Positions 41,101 through 49,752 of a stretch of 64,000 bases of DNA are shown one piece after another. A program made the position numbers and the translations under genes. The notes beneath the pieces are model-generated. The model saw only the letters and a list, made by a program, of their open reading frames with translations. It was not told where the DNA came from and ran no database searches. The stretch comes from Deltaproteobacteria bacterium (GTDB lineage Bacteria; Myxococcota_A; Polyangia; Polyangiales; Houyiibacteriaceae), in NCBI GenBank assembly GCA_034670305.1, contig JAXMNT010000001.1, forward strand, positions 256,001-320,000. The letters run 5' to 3'. Within the stretch, counting starts at the first letter, position 1, and each line of letters opens with the position of its first letter.

Positions 41101-41646
41101 TCAAGTCCCAGAGAGAAACGCACGGATGTCCTTGCGGCTGACCCGCCACGCGATGAACAGATGGGCACCCAGGTTGATGAGCGAGGCGACGATCATCGAG
41201 ACGATCATCCATTGCATGTCGCCACCGCCCTGGGCGGACCCTCCGAGCAGATCGGACAGCCGCGCAGAATGCAGGTGCGTGTTGTAGAGCCAGCTCCCGA
41301 GCTTGAGCGCGATCCAGACGACGTTGGCGAGGATCGCCTGCTTCACCAGCCACAGCGCCGTGGGCCGGCGGGCGAGCAAGAACAGTCCGCCGAGCACCAA
41401 GAGCACGCTGACGACGATGTTTGCCGCGGCCAGGGGTCGCCGGTTGGGTTCGTTGTAGAGGGTCCGTTGGATCTCGACCATCTGCTCGGCGAGCTCGGCC
41501 TGATCCGGGGCGACCTGCTCGGTGGCGCGGGTCGAGAAGTGCACCCCCTCCAGGTCGGCCACGCCGTGAAACACGCCGCACGACCCCATGAACACGAGCA
41601 GGGTTGCGAGCACGAAACTCACCCGTGCGCCGTGGTTTGGGGGCAT
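41101..41646 (-). CDS. Membrane hypothetical protein
   Basis: Four hydrophobic segments; co-oriented with the kinase. Confidence 0.65.
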   Translation of the reverse strand: MPPNHGARVSFVLATLLVFMGSCGVFHGVADLEGVHFSTRATEQVAPDQAELAEQMVEIQRTLYNEPNRRPLAAANIVVSVLLVLGGLFLLARRPTALWLVKQAILANVVWIALKLGSWLYNTHLHSARLSDLLGGSAQGGGDMQWMIVSMIVASLINLGAHLFIAWRVSRKDIRAFLSGT

Positions 41647-41758
41647 GCCCGGGAGGATAGGCGGGATCGGCGGCCCTCGGTAGCGGCGCCCTCGCGAAGC
41701 ACGAGGTCGGTTTTGGAGGCGAACCGGGCCGCAGGGCAAGAAAGGGAAGGAACGTTGG

Positions 41759-41774
41759 CGGCACTCGGTATGCT
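41759..41774 (+). promoter_or_regulatory. Candidate sigma-54 promoter
   Basis: CGGCACTCGGTATGCT = GG-N10-GC upstream of 41891. Confidence 0.5.
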
Positions 41775-41890
41775 TTTCTGTGAGCGCCTGGAACATTTCC
41801 TGGAACTTTTCTCCGAACGCGGTGTCCACACCGGGCTGAGATGACTCCTTTGGTTCACCCACGTCGATTGTTGGTTGGTCGGAGCGTTCC

Positions 41891-42448
41891 GTGGAACTGA
41901 AGCTGAATGTTGCGCTGCTGGTGGGTTTGGCGTTCGTTTGGGCCCACCTGACCGCCTCCACGACCGTCTCGCCGCTCGACGCGGACGACCCCGGCACCCT
42001 CGAGCTTCAGCGGCTCGAAGACGAGTTCGCCCTCCACCGAGACGATCCCCAGCTCGGCCGCACCCTGGCCGAGGCCTACATCGACCTCGGCCGACCTGGA
42101 CTGGCCATTGCCGTTTTGCGGGCCGGCGATCCAGCGCTCATCGAACACCCCTTGGTCGCCCACCGGCTGGCTCAGGCGTACGAAGCGTCTGGCCGATTGC
42201 TCGACGCGCTTGCGACCGCGAACCTCGCCTCGGCCCGCTGCGCCCGCTCGCTCGGCACCGTAGACGCGCCGAGCGGCACCCCCGTCCCGCGCTACACCTG
42301 CAACGCCCACCAGCACGCGGTGCTCTCCACCCACCGGGTGGCACTGAGCCACATGGTCGACTGGGGCGTGACCGCACCCGGCACCGACCCACGCGCCCAA
42401 ACCGCCTACGACCTCGCGATGCGCCGCGCGCGCATCGCGCTTTACTAG
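41891..42448 (+). CDS. Exported TPR-like hypothetical protein
   Basis: N-terminal hydrophobic segment; LAEAYIDLGRP and LAQAYEASGR TPR-like helices; GGAG RBS. Confidence 0.7.
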   Translation: MELKLNVALLVGLAFVWAHLTASTTVSPLDADDPGTLELQRLEDEFALHRDDPQLGRTLAEAYIDLGRPGLAIAVLRAGDPALIEHPLVAHRLAQAYEASGRLLDALATANLASARCARSLGTVDAPSGTPVPRYTCNAHQHAVLSTHRVALSHMVDWGVTAPGTDPRAQTAYDLAMRRARIALY

Positions 42449-43114
42449 CAGGCTGCTGAAGAACGCCCGCAGGGCGTTCTGGCAGCCTGCCCCTTGCCCC
42501 TGCCCTTGCCTTTGCCCTTGCCCGCGGATCAGCGGTCAGATCGCTTGATCAGCGCGACGAGCATCGCGACGACCTGCTCAAGGTGGGCGAGAGCCTGTTC
42601 GATATTTCTTGGGGGCACAGCCCCCAAACCCCGTCCCGGTGACACCGCTGGCTCGCTTCGCGAGGCTGCACGCTGTCGAATATCGGGCCTCGATGCCTCG
42701 GCCGACGGTCCGTGATTTCGAGCCAGGAGACGACCTCGATCGCGGAGCGCCGGGACATCCGATAGAAGCGGGCCTTCTCCTTGGGACTGAACTCGCCTGC
42801 GCCCTCGGCGATGTTGGCGACGACGGAAGTCGCAGCGCGATCGATCTGGTCTCGGAGGTGAGCACGGCCTCGCGGGAGGCGGACGCACGACACAGTTCGC
42901 CGCCTGGCCGGCGCCGCATACAACCTCCTACGCGTCGCGCGGCTGCGGAGCTGCGCCGCGTAGCACCGACCGATGCCCGGCGGCTTCGTCCCGCTGGGCA
43001 TCGGGCTCCGATTCGCGGCCTCGCCGTCGCGAAACACACGGCGTCCACGACGCGGGCAAGGGCACGGGCAAGGGCAACGGCAAGGGAGCAGGTCGCTTTT
43101 CAGCACCCTGCTAG
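42445..43114. mobile_element. Composite element copy 3 (longest; inverted relative to copy 1)
   Basis: CTAGCAGGCTGCTGAAGAA ... TTTTCAGCACCCTGCTAG terminal inverted repeats with CTAG at both ends. Confidence 0.88.
42529..42888 (-). pseudogene. Four-helix-bundle (23S rRNA IVP / Avd-like) gene: 5'-truncated, frameshifted, interrupted by cassette A
   Basis: LPRGRAHLRDQIDRAATSVVANIAEGAGEFSPKEKARFYRMSRRSAIE, then after the cassette IEQALAHLEQVVAMLVALIKRSDR*. Confidence 0.85.
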
Positions 43115-43845
43115 AAGCCGACGCGGCGCATGACGGCTCGGGGGAGGTGGCGGATGACCGTCATCACCAGCCTCCAGGGCGCGGGCGCGTAGACGACGGG
43201 GTCGCCGCGATCGATGGCGCCGAGCACCGTCTTGGCCACGTCGTCGGCTTCTCCGGCGAAGGGTGGCGGCTTCAGGCCCGCGGTCATCGGCGTCTTCACG
43301 AAGCCGGGTTTCACGGTCACGACCCGCAGTCCCTGCGAGCGGAACTTGTGGTCGAGGCCCTCGAGGTAGGCGGTCAACCCCGCTTTGCTCGCGCCGTAGA
43401 TGATCACGGGTTTGCGCCCGCGCTCGCCCGCGACGCTGCTGAATGCGCACAGGGTGCCGCCGCCATCTTCGAGGAGGCGAAGTCGCGCCGCTTCACAGAA
43501 GACCACGGTGTTCGTGAAGTTCACCCGCGTCAGTCGTTCCGCGAGCGCCGGGTCCGCTTCCAGCTCGTCCTGCGAGGCGAAGAGCCCCGCGGTGACCACG
43601 ACCGTGTCGACCTTGCCGAGCGACTCCCACGCGGCGTCGAGCGCGTCGGCGAATCCTTCGGGGGCTTCCAGATCGCAGCGGTGGTGCCCGACCAAGGGCG
43701 CGCCGCGCACCTCGAGATCCCGGGCGGTGTCGGCCAGCGTGGCGCTCGTGCGACCGAGCAAGAAGAGCGAGTCGCCGCGTGCGGCCATGCGACGCGCCAG
43801 CGCCTGTCCCATTCCACCCGTGGCACCCAAGAAGACGACGTTCAT
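43111..43845 (-). CDS. Short-chain dehydrogenase/reductase (DprE2-like)
   Basis: GATGGMG, SSVAGERGR, YGASK, VKPGFVKTPMT. Confidence 0.9.
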   Translation of the reverse strand: MNVVFLGATGGMGQALARRMAARGDSLFLLGRTSATLADTARDLEVRGAPLVGHHRCDLEAPEGFADALDAAWESLGKVDTVVVTAGLFASQDELEADPALAERLTRVNFTNTVVFCEAARLRLLEDGGGTLCAFSSVAGERGRKPVIIYGASKAGLTAYLEGLDHKFRSQGLRVVTVKPGFVKTPMTAGLKPPPFAGEADDVAKTVLGAIDRGDPVVYAPAPWRLVMTVIRHLPRAVMRRVGF

Positions 43846-43941
43846 GAGCGCGGTCTAGCAGGCTCGCGCGAAAGGGCGACTGCCGCGCGGAGTTGCGGCT
43901 CGGCGCAACTGCTGGGACGCTGTTCGTTTGGGAGGGTTCTT

Positions 43942-44847
43942 GTGAAGCACTTGGTTTGTCTTGTTCTGGTGTTTGGGGTGGCGTGCGGCGACGACGACGT
44001 GCCGACGGAAGACGCGGGCGCGGACGCTGCGACGTCCGATGTGGGCGCGGATGCGCCGGCGATCGATGCGCCGGTGGACGCGTGCGGATGCCCAGCGCCG
44101 GGGCCCAGCTGCTTCTACGCCGAACCCTGCGCGTGTGATTCGTTGGTCTGCGGCCACGACGCCGCCATGCCTCCGATCGACGGCGGTCCCGAAGACGGCG
44201 GTGGGGTCGACGCCTGCATGCCGCCTCCGTGCGCCCCGCCCCCCGATGGCTGCCGCTACGTGACGGACGACCCGTGCAACGAATGCGGCGACCTCGTGTG
44301 CGAGTGCACCGAAGACGAAGACTGTGCGCCCGACGGATTCTGCCGCGCGGTCGATGCCGACGTGTCCTCACGCGAGTGCCACGGTTGGGCCCAGGAGCGA
44401 GACCGGTGCGGTGGTTTTGTACTGCCCCATCATGAGGAACGCTGTGACCCCGTGCTCGGCTGTTTCTCCGATCCCCGCATCGCGGATGCGCCCGGCAGCT
44501 GCGCACTCCCGGCCGAAGTCAGAGACCTGGTGGAGAGCGAAGATCCTTTCATCGGTCACTTCATCGCGGCGACCGGCGGCGTGATCGAGGTGCTCAACCG
44601 CGGCTGCACCCGGCGGGCGTGCACCGAAGAGATGCCGTGCTGCAACGATTGCAACGGCGTTCAAGTCCTCTCGGTGGAAGGCGGCTCCGTGCCGCTGCTG
44701 CATCCCGATGGCACGCCATACACCTGCACCGGCAACGAGTGCGAGTGGACCTCGTGCGACACCGAACCCGGCCCCAACTTCACGGTGGTCGGCGACTACG
44801 ACGGAGACGGGCTGCGGGTGACGTCGATCTTCGGCCGCGGATTCTGA
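43942..44847 (+). CDS. Cys-rich lipoprotein
   Basis: GGAGGG RBS; VKHLVCLVLVFGVAC lipobox; CTRRAC....CCNDC. Confidence 0.75.
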   Translation: MKHLVCLVLVFGVACGDDDVPTEDAGADAATSDVGADAPAIDAPVDACGCPAPGPSCFYAEPCACDSLVCGHDAAMPPIDGGPEDGGGVDACMPPPCAPPPDGCRYVTDDPCNECGDLVCECTEDEDCAPDGFCRAVDADVSSRECHGWAQERDRCGGFVLPHHEERCDPVLGCFSDPRIADAPGSCALPAEVRDLVESEDPFIGHFIAATGGVIEVLNRGCTRRACTEEMPCCNDCNGVQVLSVEGGSVPLLHPDGTPYTCTGNECEWTSCDTEPGPNFTVVGDYDGDGLRVTSIFGRGF

Positions 44848-44853
44848 CCGGAG

Positions 44854-44990
44854 CTTCGGGTTCGGAGTCGGCTTCGGGTTCGGCGTCGGCTTCGGCTACG
44901 GCGTCGGCTTCGGCTTCGGCGTCGGCGTCGGCTTCGGCTGCGGCGTCGGCTTCGGCGTCGGAGTCGGAGTCGGAGTCGGCTTCGGCTTGG
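44854..44990. repeat. Degenerate hexamer tract (TCGGCT/TCGGCG/TCGGAG)n
   Basis: About 23 units right after the stop at 44847. Confidence 0.9.
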
Positions 44991-45019
44991 GTTCCCGAAG
45001 GCTCCCGAACTCTCTCCTC

Positions 45020-45057
45020 AACGAAGAACGCGCCCGCGAAGTGCTTCGCAGGCGCGC
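45020..45057 (-). terminator. Probable metK terminator hairpin
   Basis: Minus strand GCGCGCCTGCGAAG-CA-CTTCGCGGGCGCGT followed by TCTTCGTT. Confidence 0.55.
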
Positions 45058-45078
45058 CGTTCGGGTTCGGGCCGTCGG

Positions 45079-46344
45079 TCAGTTCGCGGTGGCGGACTTG
45101 GCCTTCGAGCGCTTGCTCTTCTTTTTGGCGGCCTTCTTGGCCTTCTTCGGTGCGCCGTTCGCAGCGCCGTTGGCCTTGGCCTTCGGCATCAGCGCCTCGG
45201 CGAGCTCCTCGGCGCGGTCCGTCTTCTCCCAGGTGAACGACTTCTCGGTGCGGCCGAAGTGGCCGTACGCGGCGGTCGGGGAGTAGATCGGGCGCAGTAG
45301 GTCGAGCGTCTCGATGATCGCGCCCGGGCGGAAGTCGAACATCCCCTGCACGACCTTGGCGATCTTCGCGTCGCTGACGACGCCGGTGCCGAACGTCGTG
45401 ACGTACACGCCCATGGGCTTGCTGACGCCGATGGCGTAGGCGACCTGGACCTCGCAGCGGCGCGCGAGTTTGGCTTTCACGATGTTCTTCGCGACGTAGC
45501 GGGCGAAGTACGCCGCGCTGCGGTCGACCTTCGACGGGTCCTTGCCCGAGAACGCGCCGCCGCCGTGGCGACCCATGCCGCCGTACGTGTCCACGATGAT
45601 CTTGCGACCGGTGAGCCCTGCGTCGCCGCACGGTCCGCCGATGACGAAACGACCGGTCGGGTTCACATGGAACTTGGTGCGTCGGTCGACCATCTTCTTC
45701 GGCAGCATCGGAAGAATGACGTGCTCGATGATCTCGCTCTTGAGCGTGCGGTGCGAGACCCCTTCGGCGTGCTGCGAAGAGACCACGACCGCGTCGATGC
45801 GGAAGGGTTTGTCGTCGCGGTACTCGACCGTGACCTGGCTCTTGCCGTCGGGCCGGAGGTACTCGAGCGTGCCGTCCTTGCGGACCTTCGACAGGCGCTT
45901 GGTGAGCTTGTGCGAGAGGTCGATCGGCATCGGCATCAAGTTGCGCGTCTCATCGACCGCGAAGCCGAACATCAGGCCCTGATCGCCCGCGCCCTGGTCC
46001 TTGTCGATGCCCGCGCCGACGTCCACGCCCTGCGAGATGTCGGGGCTCTGCTCTTCGACGGCCGAGAGCACCGCGCAGGTGTCGGCGTCGAAGCCCATGC
46101 CGCTGCTCGTGTAGCCGATCTTGCGGATCGTCTCGCGGACGATGGCCGGGATGTTCACCCACGTCTTCGTCGTGATCTCGCCGGCGACGATCGCGTAGCC
46201 GGTCTTGACCATGGTCTCGCACGCAACGCGCGAGGAGGGGTCGTCTTTGAGGCAGGCATCCAGGACCGCGTCGCTGATCGCGTCGCAAATTTTGTCGGGA
46301 TGTCCTTCGGTGACGGACTCGGAGGTGAAGAGTTGGCCGGCCAT
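45079..46344 (-). CDS. metK: S-adenosylmethionine synthetase
   Basis: [51 protein letters not shown]; Lys/Ala-rich tail. Confidence 0.98.
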   Translation of the reverse strand: MAGQLFTSESVTEGHPDKICDAISDAVLDACLKDDPSSRVACETMVKTGYAIVAGEITTKTWVNIPAIVRETIRKIGYTSSGMGFDADTCAVLSAVEEQSPDISQGVDVGAGIDKDQGAGDQGLMFGFAVDETRNLMPMPIDLSHKLTKRLSKVRKDGTLEYLRPDGKSQVTVEYRDDKPFRIDAVVVSSQHAEGVSHRTLKSEIIEHVILPMLPKKMVDRRTKFHVNPTGRFVIGGPCGDAGLTGRKIIVDTYGGMGRHGGGAFSGKDPSKVDRSAAYFARYVAKNIVKAKLARRCEVQVAYAIGVSKPMGVYVTTFGTGVVSDAKIAKVVQGMFDFRPGAIIETLDLLRPIYSPTAAYGHFGRTEKSFTWEKTDRAEELAEALMPKAKANGAANGAPKKAKKAAKKKSKRSKAKSATAN

Positions 46345-46496
46345 GTTGTTTCCTTGTTCGTTCGGCGTGTCTGGTCGGCTCGGGTTCGAGCCGCGTCGTT
46401 GTCGCAGGCTGCGGGGCGCGTGGTTCGCGGCGGGCAGCGGGGTTGCAGCGCGGGGAATAGTCGCAGCCGACTCACACTGCAACCGCCCGGCTCGGC

Positions 46497-48323
46497 TCAG
46501 AGCGCGTCTTCGGCTGCTTCTTGTCGGAGGACGTCGGCCCAGCGGATCCAGGCGCTGCCGCCGTGCTGCACGAAGTCGTTGCGACAGCTCAGATCCACGG
46601 GGGATCCGGGCATGCCGCCGTGTGCGCCCACCGGGTCGGCCAGGAGATGGGTCGGTCCCGGTGCCCAGCGCCACCGCAGGAGCTGTCCGAGGCCACGCTC
46701 GATCAGCGCCCGCACCTCGGTGGTGTCGTGTCCGTGGTGTTTCATCAGGAGGTAGGTGTTGATGAAGGCTTCGGTCCGCGAGCCCACCGGCGTCAGGCGC
46801 GGCACGATGACCGGGCCAGCGCCGTACCCGCCTTCGACCCGCCACGGGGTCTCGCCTTCGCGGTACTGGAGCTCGTCGTTGAAGCCGAACCAGCGCTCGC
46901 AGAAGTCCACGGCTTCAGGAGAATCGACCCGTCCGCGTGCTTCGCCCGCCGCGATGCAGGTCCAGTGTTCTTCGCCGTAGTAATAACGGCTGCCGAGGAA
47001 GTCCCAGCCCGAGCCAGTGAGGTGGCCCATCAGGACCCGCGCCGCTTCGAGGTTCGCTTCGTCGCCGAGCACCTCGTGCGCCTTGAGCAGCGCGAACGCC
47101 GCCTCGCCGCTGTAGTACATGTGCTGCACATCGATCGGTTCCTGTTCGCGCAGGTCGTACTCGTGCATGAGCTCGCCGTCGTCGCGTTGCTGCGCGCGAA
47201 TGAACCCTGTGAGTCCGACCACGAGTTCCCGCGCAACCGGGTCGTCGTCCTTGGCGAGCACCTCCGCGGCGGCCACGACCGTGAGCGCCGCCGAGCCGAT
47301 GTCGGCGCGACCGAACGACTCGACGCACGGGTGTTCCCCACAGCGGCGCAGCTTGTGCCGCTGGATCCACCGCAGGGCGCGCAGCGCACCCGACCGCGCC
47401 GCGGGCATGCCGTGCAGGCGATCCACCTGCGCAATGAAGTAGGTCGTGCCGCTGTGCCGCGGGATGTTGTACGGCTCGAGGCGTTCGGTGCCGGTGGTGC
47501 CGTCCCACACGTAGGTCCACCGCCCGTCCCGGTGTTGGTGCCGCAGCAAGAACGTCGCCCCATCGACCGACGCCGCGCGCAGGTTCTCTTCGGTGACCGC
47601 TTCGTCGCGTGGGTACTCGGACTCCGCGATCGTGTGCGAGCGGACCCGCCACACGTCTCCGTCCGACAGCAGCGTCTCCCGATCGGTGCCGAGCGTACGC
47701 GCCAGCCGACCGAGCAGACCCGGTACCGGCGCGCCGAAGGCGAGGTCGGGAATCGGCGTGGTCACGCCACCGTCGTATGCGCTGCCCGAGCGCAGTTCCT
47801 CCGGCATGAGGTAGGCCTCTTCGTCCTCGAAGCGGGCCCCGAGCCCTTCTTGCAGGGGTACGAGTCCGAGTTCGGTGACCCAGGGCAGGTCCGGCACGAG
47901 CGGGCCGGTGCCGAGCGGGACCTCGACGGTGAACCGCATCCGCCGCGAGTCCTCGACCGCGGCCCAGGACTCGAGCTCGTGAAGGGCGTCGTCCGACGCG
48001 AACGCCTCGATGGCGGCGTGCACCGATTCGACCAGCGTGCCGCGGTGGGCGAACGTTCGGATCGCGACGCCGTGGTGCCACGCCGTGACGACGATCGCGG
48101 CCCGCCAGTCGTGGTCGTCGGCGGGGGGTTGCCAATCGCCCGGCGCATCCGCGCGGGGTTGGCCGAGCCGCCCCGCGTCGAGCTCCTCGATCGCCCAGGC
48201 GCCGAGCTCGGCCGAAGGTGGTTCGACGGGGTCGATGTGGGTGTTGCAGTGCGCCCCCGTGGTCACCAGCGCGACGAGGCCGAGCGCGCCGAAGACGCTG
48301 CGCACGAAGCGGCGCCGAGTCAT
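46497..48323 (-). CDS. Exported protein with a probable (alpha/alpha) toroid C-terminal domain
   Basis: MTRRRFV twin-Arg-like leader; FLLRHQ..DG.W and [10 protein letters not shown] repeats; [18 protein letters not shown]. Confidence 0.65.
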   Translation of the reverse strand: MTRRRFVRSVFGALGLVALVTTGAHCNTHIDPVEPPSAELGAWAIEELDAGRLGQPRADAPGDWQPPADDHDWRAAIVVTAWHHGVAIRTFAHRGTLVESVHAAIEAFASDDALHELESWAAVEDSRRMRFTVEVPLGTGPLVPDLPWVTELGLVPLQEGLGARFEDEEAYLMPEELRSGSAYDGGVTTPIPDLAFGAPVPGLLGRLARTLGTDRETLLSDGDVWRVRSHTIAESEYPRDEAVTEENLRAASVDGATFLLRHQHRDGRWTYVWDGTTGTERLEPYNIPRHSGTTYFIAQVDRLHGMPAARSGALRALRWIQRHKLRRCGEHPCVESFGRADIGSAALTVVAAAEVLAKDDDPVARELVVGLTGFIRAQQRDDGELMHEYDLREQEPIDVQHMYYSGEAAFALLKAHEVLGDEANLEAARVLMGHLTGSGWDFLGSRYYYGEEHWTCIAAGEARGRVDSPEAVDFCERWFGFNDELQYREGETPWRVEGGYGAGPVIVPRLTPVGSRTEAFINTYLLMKHHGHDTTEVRALIERGLGQLLRWRWAPGPTHLLADPVGAHGGMPGSPVDLSCRNDFVQHGGSAWIRWADVLRQEAAEDAL

Positions 48324-48898
48324 TGTTCTTCGCCCGAACCCGTCGACTTCGACTTCGACTTCGACTTCGATTCCGACTTCGACTTCGACTTCGGTTCCGG
48401 CTCAGGCTTCTTCTTGGGCACGTTCCGCCGCGGTCGGGGTTTGTCGACCGCGACCGGTGCGTCGGGCTTCGGTGCGTTCCGGGCGGGCAGCAGGAAGTAC
48501 ACCTGCGCGGCGGGAAACACGATGAGGTAGGGGAGGAGCAGCGCGGCGACGATCGCCAGGATGGTGGCGCCGCCCATGCCGACCGGACCGTAGAGCCCAC
48601 TGAGGCTGCCCACCGTGTAGCCCAGCGCGGTCACGAAGCAGAGCCCCACCACGAGCGTCAGCGAGGCGACGTAGAGCGCGACCTTTTCTGCCCACGGCTG
48701 CTGGGTCAGGAGCCCCACGCCGCTCGCGGCGAGCAACATCGCCAGCAACGTGAACCCGGCGTCGATCGGCATCCATCGGGCGGGCAGGGCGATCCAGACG
48801 CATCCGAGCATGAAGACGGCACCGAGCACGTCGAGCGCACCCATGACAGTACGCTTCTGGGCCGGGCGCTCGGGCGGATTCTGAGGCTCTTTGGTCAT
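48320..48898 (-). CDS. Four-TM membrane protein with a KS-repeat tail
   Basis: Hydrophobic segments; tail encoded by (AAGTCG)n; ATGA overlap with the next gene. Confidence 0.7.
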   Translation of the reverse strand: MTKEPQNPPERPAQKRTVMGALDVLGAVFMLGCVWIALPARWMPIDAGFTLLAMLLAASGVGLLTQQPWAEKVALYVASLTLVVGLCFVTALGYTVGSLSGLYGPVGMGGATILAIVAALLLPYLIVFPAAQVYFLLPARNAPKPDAPVAVDKPRPRRNVPKKKPEPEPKSKSKSESKSKSKSKSTGSGEEQ

Positions 48899-48967
48899 CG
48901 AGCGCGGGACACTAGTACAAGCGGTGCGAACTTCGTACCCGCGGGCACGGCTCCGCCACGGAGCCGG

Positions 48968-49654
48968 TCAGAAGCGGGTGCGCGCGTTGTGGGCGGCTTC
49001 GGGGCCGACCCGCAGGAACTCGTAGTAGTGCCCGAGCACCCGGCGCACGTAGCGCTGGGTCTCGGCGTAGGGCGGAATGCCTTGGTGGCGCATCACGGCG
49101 CCTTCCCCGGCGTTGTACGCCGCGACGGTCAACACGAGGTCGCCGTTGAAGAGGTTCGCCAAGATGCGCAGGTAGCGGGCGCCGCCGAGGATGCTCTGAC
49201 GCGGATCGAAGGGATCGCGCACCCCCATCGAGGCCGCTGTGCGCGGCATCAGCTGCATCAGCCCCATGGCGCCGGCGTGGCTGACGACCGTGTGTACGAA
49301 ATCGCTTTCGACCTTCATGACGGCGCGGATGAAGGCCTCGGGGAGCTGGTAGAGCTGCGCGGCTTCGCGAATGTGGGCGTCGTAGCGGCGGTAGCGGTGG
49401 GGATCGGTGGGGCCGCGGCGGGGCGCGCGGGTGGCCGCGGCGGTTGCCGCAGGGGCGCTGCGCCGGCGCCGCGCGTCGCTCTCGCGGACGAGTACCCGGC
49501 AGTTCTGACCGCGCGCCCGGACGTTCGTGAAGTGCACCGCCCCGTCGGCGCCGCGGCACTCGAAGATGTCGGCGCGGGCGGGGGCTGCCGTCAGGAGCCC
49601 GAGCCCCATCGCGCTGAGGAGCCAGAGGGTCGGTGTGGAGCGGGCGGACAACAT
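48968..49654 (-). CDS. Lytic transglycosylase (SLT) with DUF4124-like N-terminus
   Basis: DGAVHFTN; VES, GAMGLMQLMP, AAYNAG, ETQRYV. Confidence 0.92.
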   Translation of the reverse strand: MLSARSTPTLWLLSAMGLGLLTAAPARADIFECRGADGAVHFTNVRARGQNCRVLVRESDARRRRSAPAATAAATRAPRRGPTDPHRYRRYDAHIREAAQLYQLPEAFIRAVMKVESDFVHTVVSHAGAMGLMQLMPRTAASMGVRDPFDPRQSILGGARYLRILANLFNGDLVLTVAAYNAGEGAVMRHQGIPPYAETQRYVRRVLGHYYEFLRVGPEAAHNARTRF

Positions 49655-49752
49655 GCGTCGTCCGCAGCCTATCGAGCCTGGGCCGAAGGCGCCAAAAGAC
49701 CGCGAAGCTTGCGATTGCGCCACCGAGCCGACGGATTCATTGTGCCGCCCCC

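Noticed and set aside
42529-42888. Diversity-generating retroelement (Avd-like gene)
   Set aside because: No reverse transcriptase and no TR/VR pair with adenine-specific mismatches seen in the window.
42549-43106. 185-aa ORF as an intact gene
   Set aside because: Chimaeric read-through of element end, antisense transposase stub, four-helix fragment and cassette.
43855-43870. CTAGCAGGCT as another element end (also CTAGCAGG near 10228)
   Set aside because: Match is only 8-10 bp with no other element parts; may be a scar but cannot be supported.
46345-46496. SAM riboswitch upstream of metK
   Set aside because: Only a short GGTTGCAG/CTGCAACC inverted repeat; no SAM-I/II/SAH consensus recognised. 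An Rfam scan would settle it.
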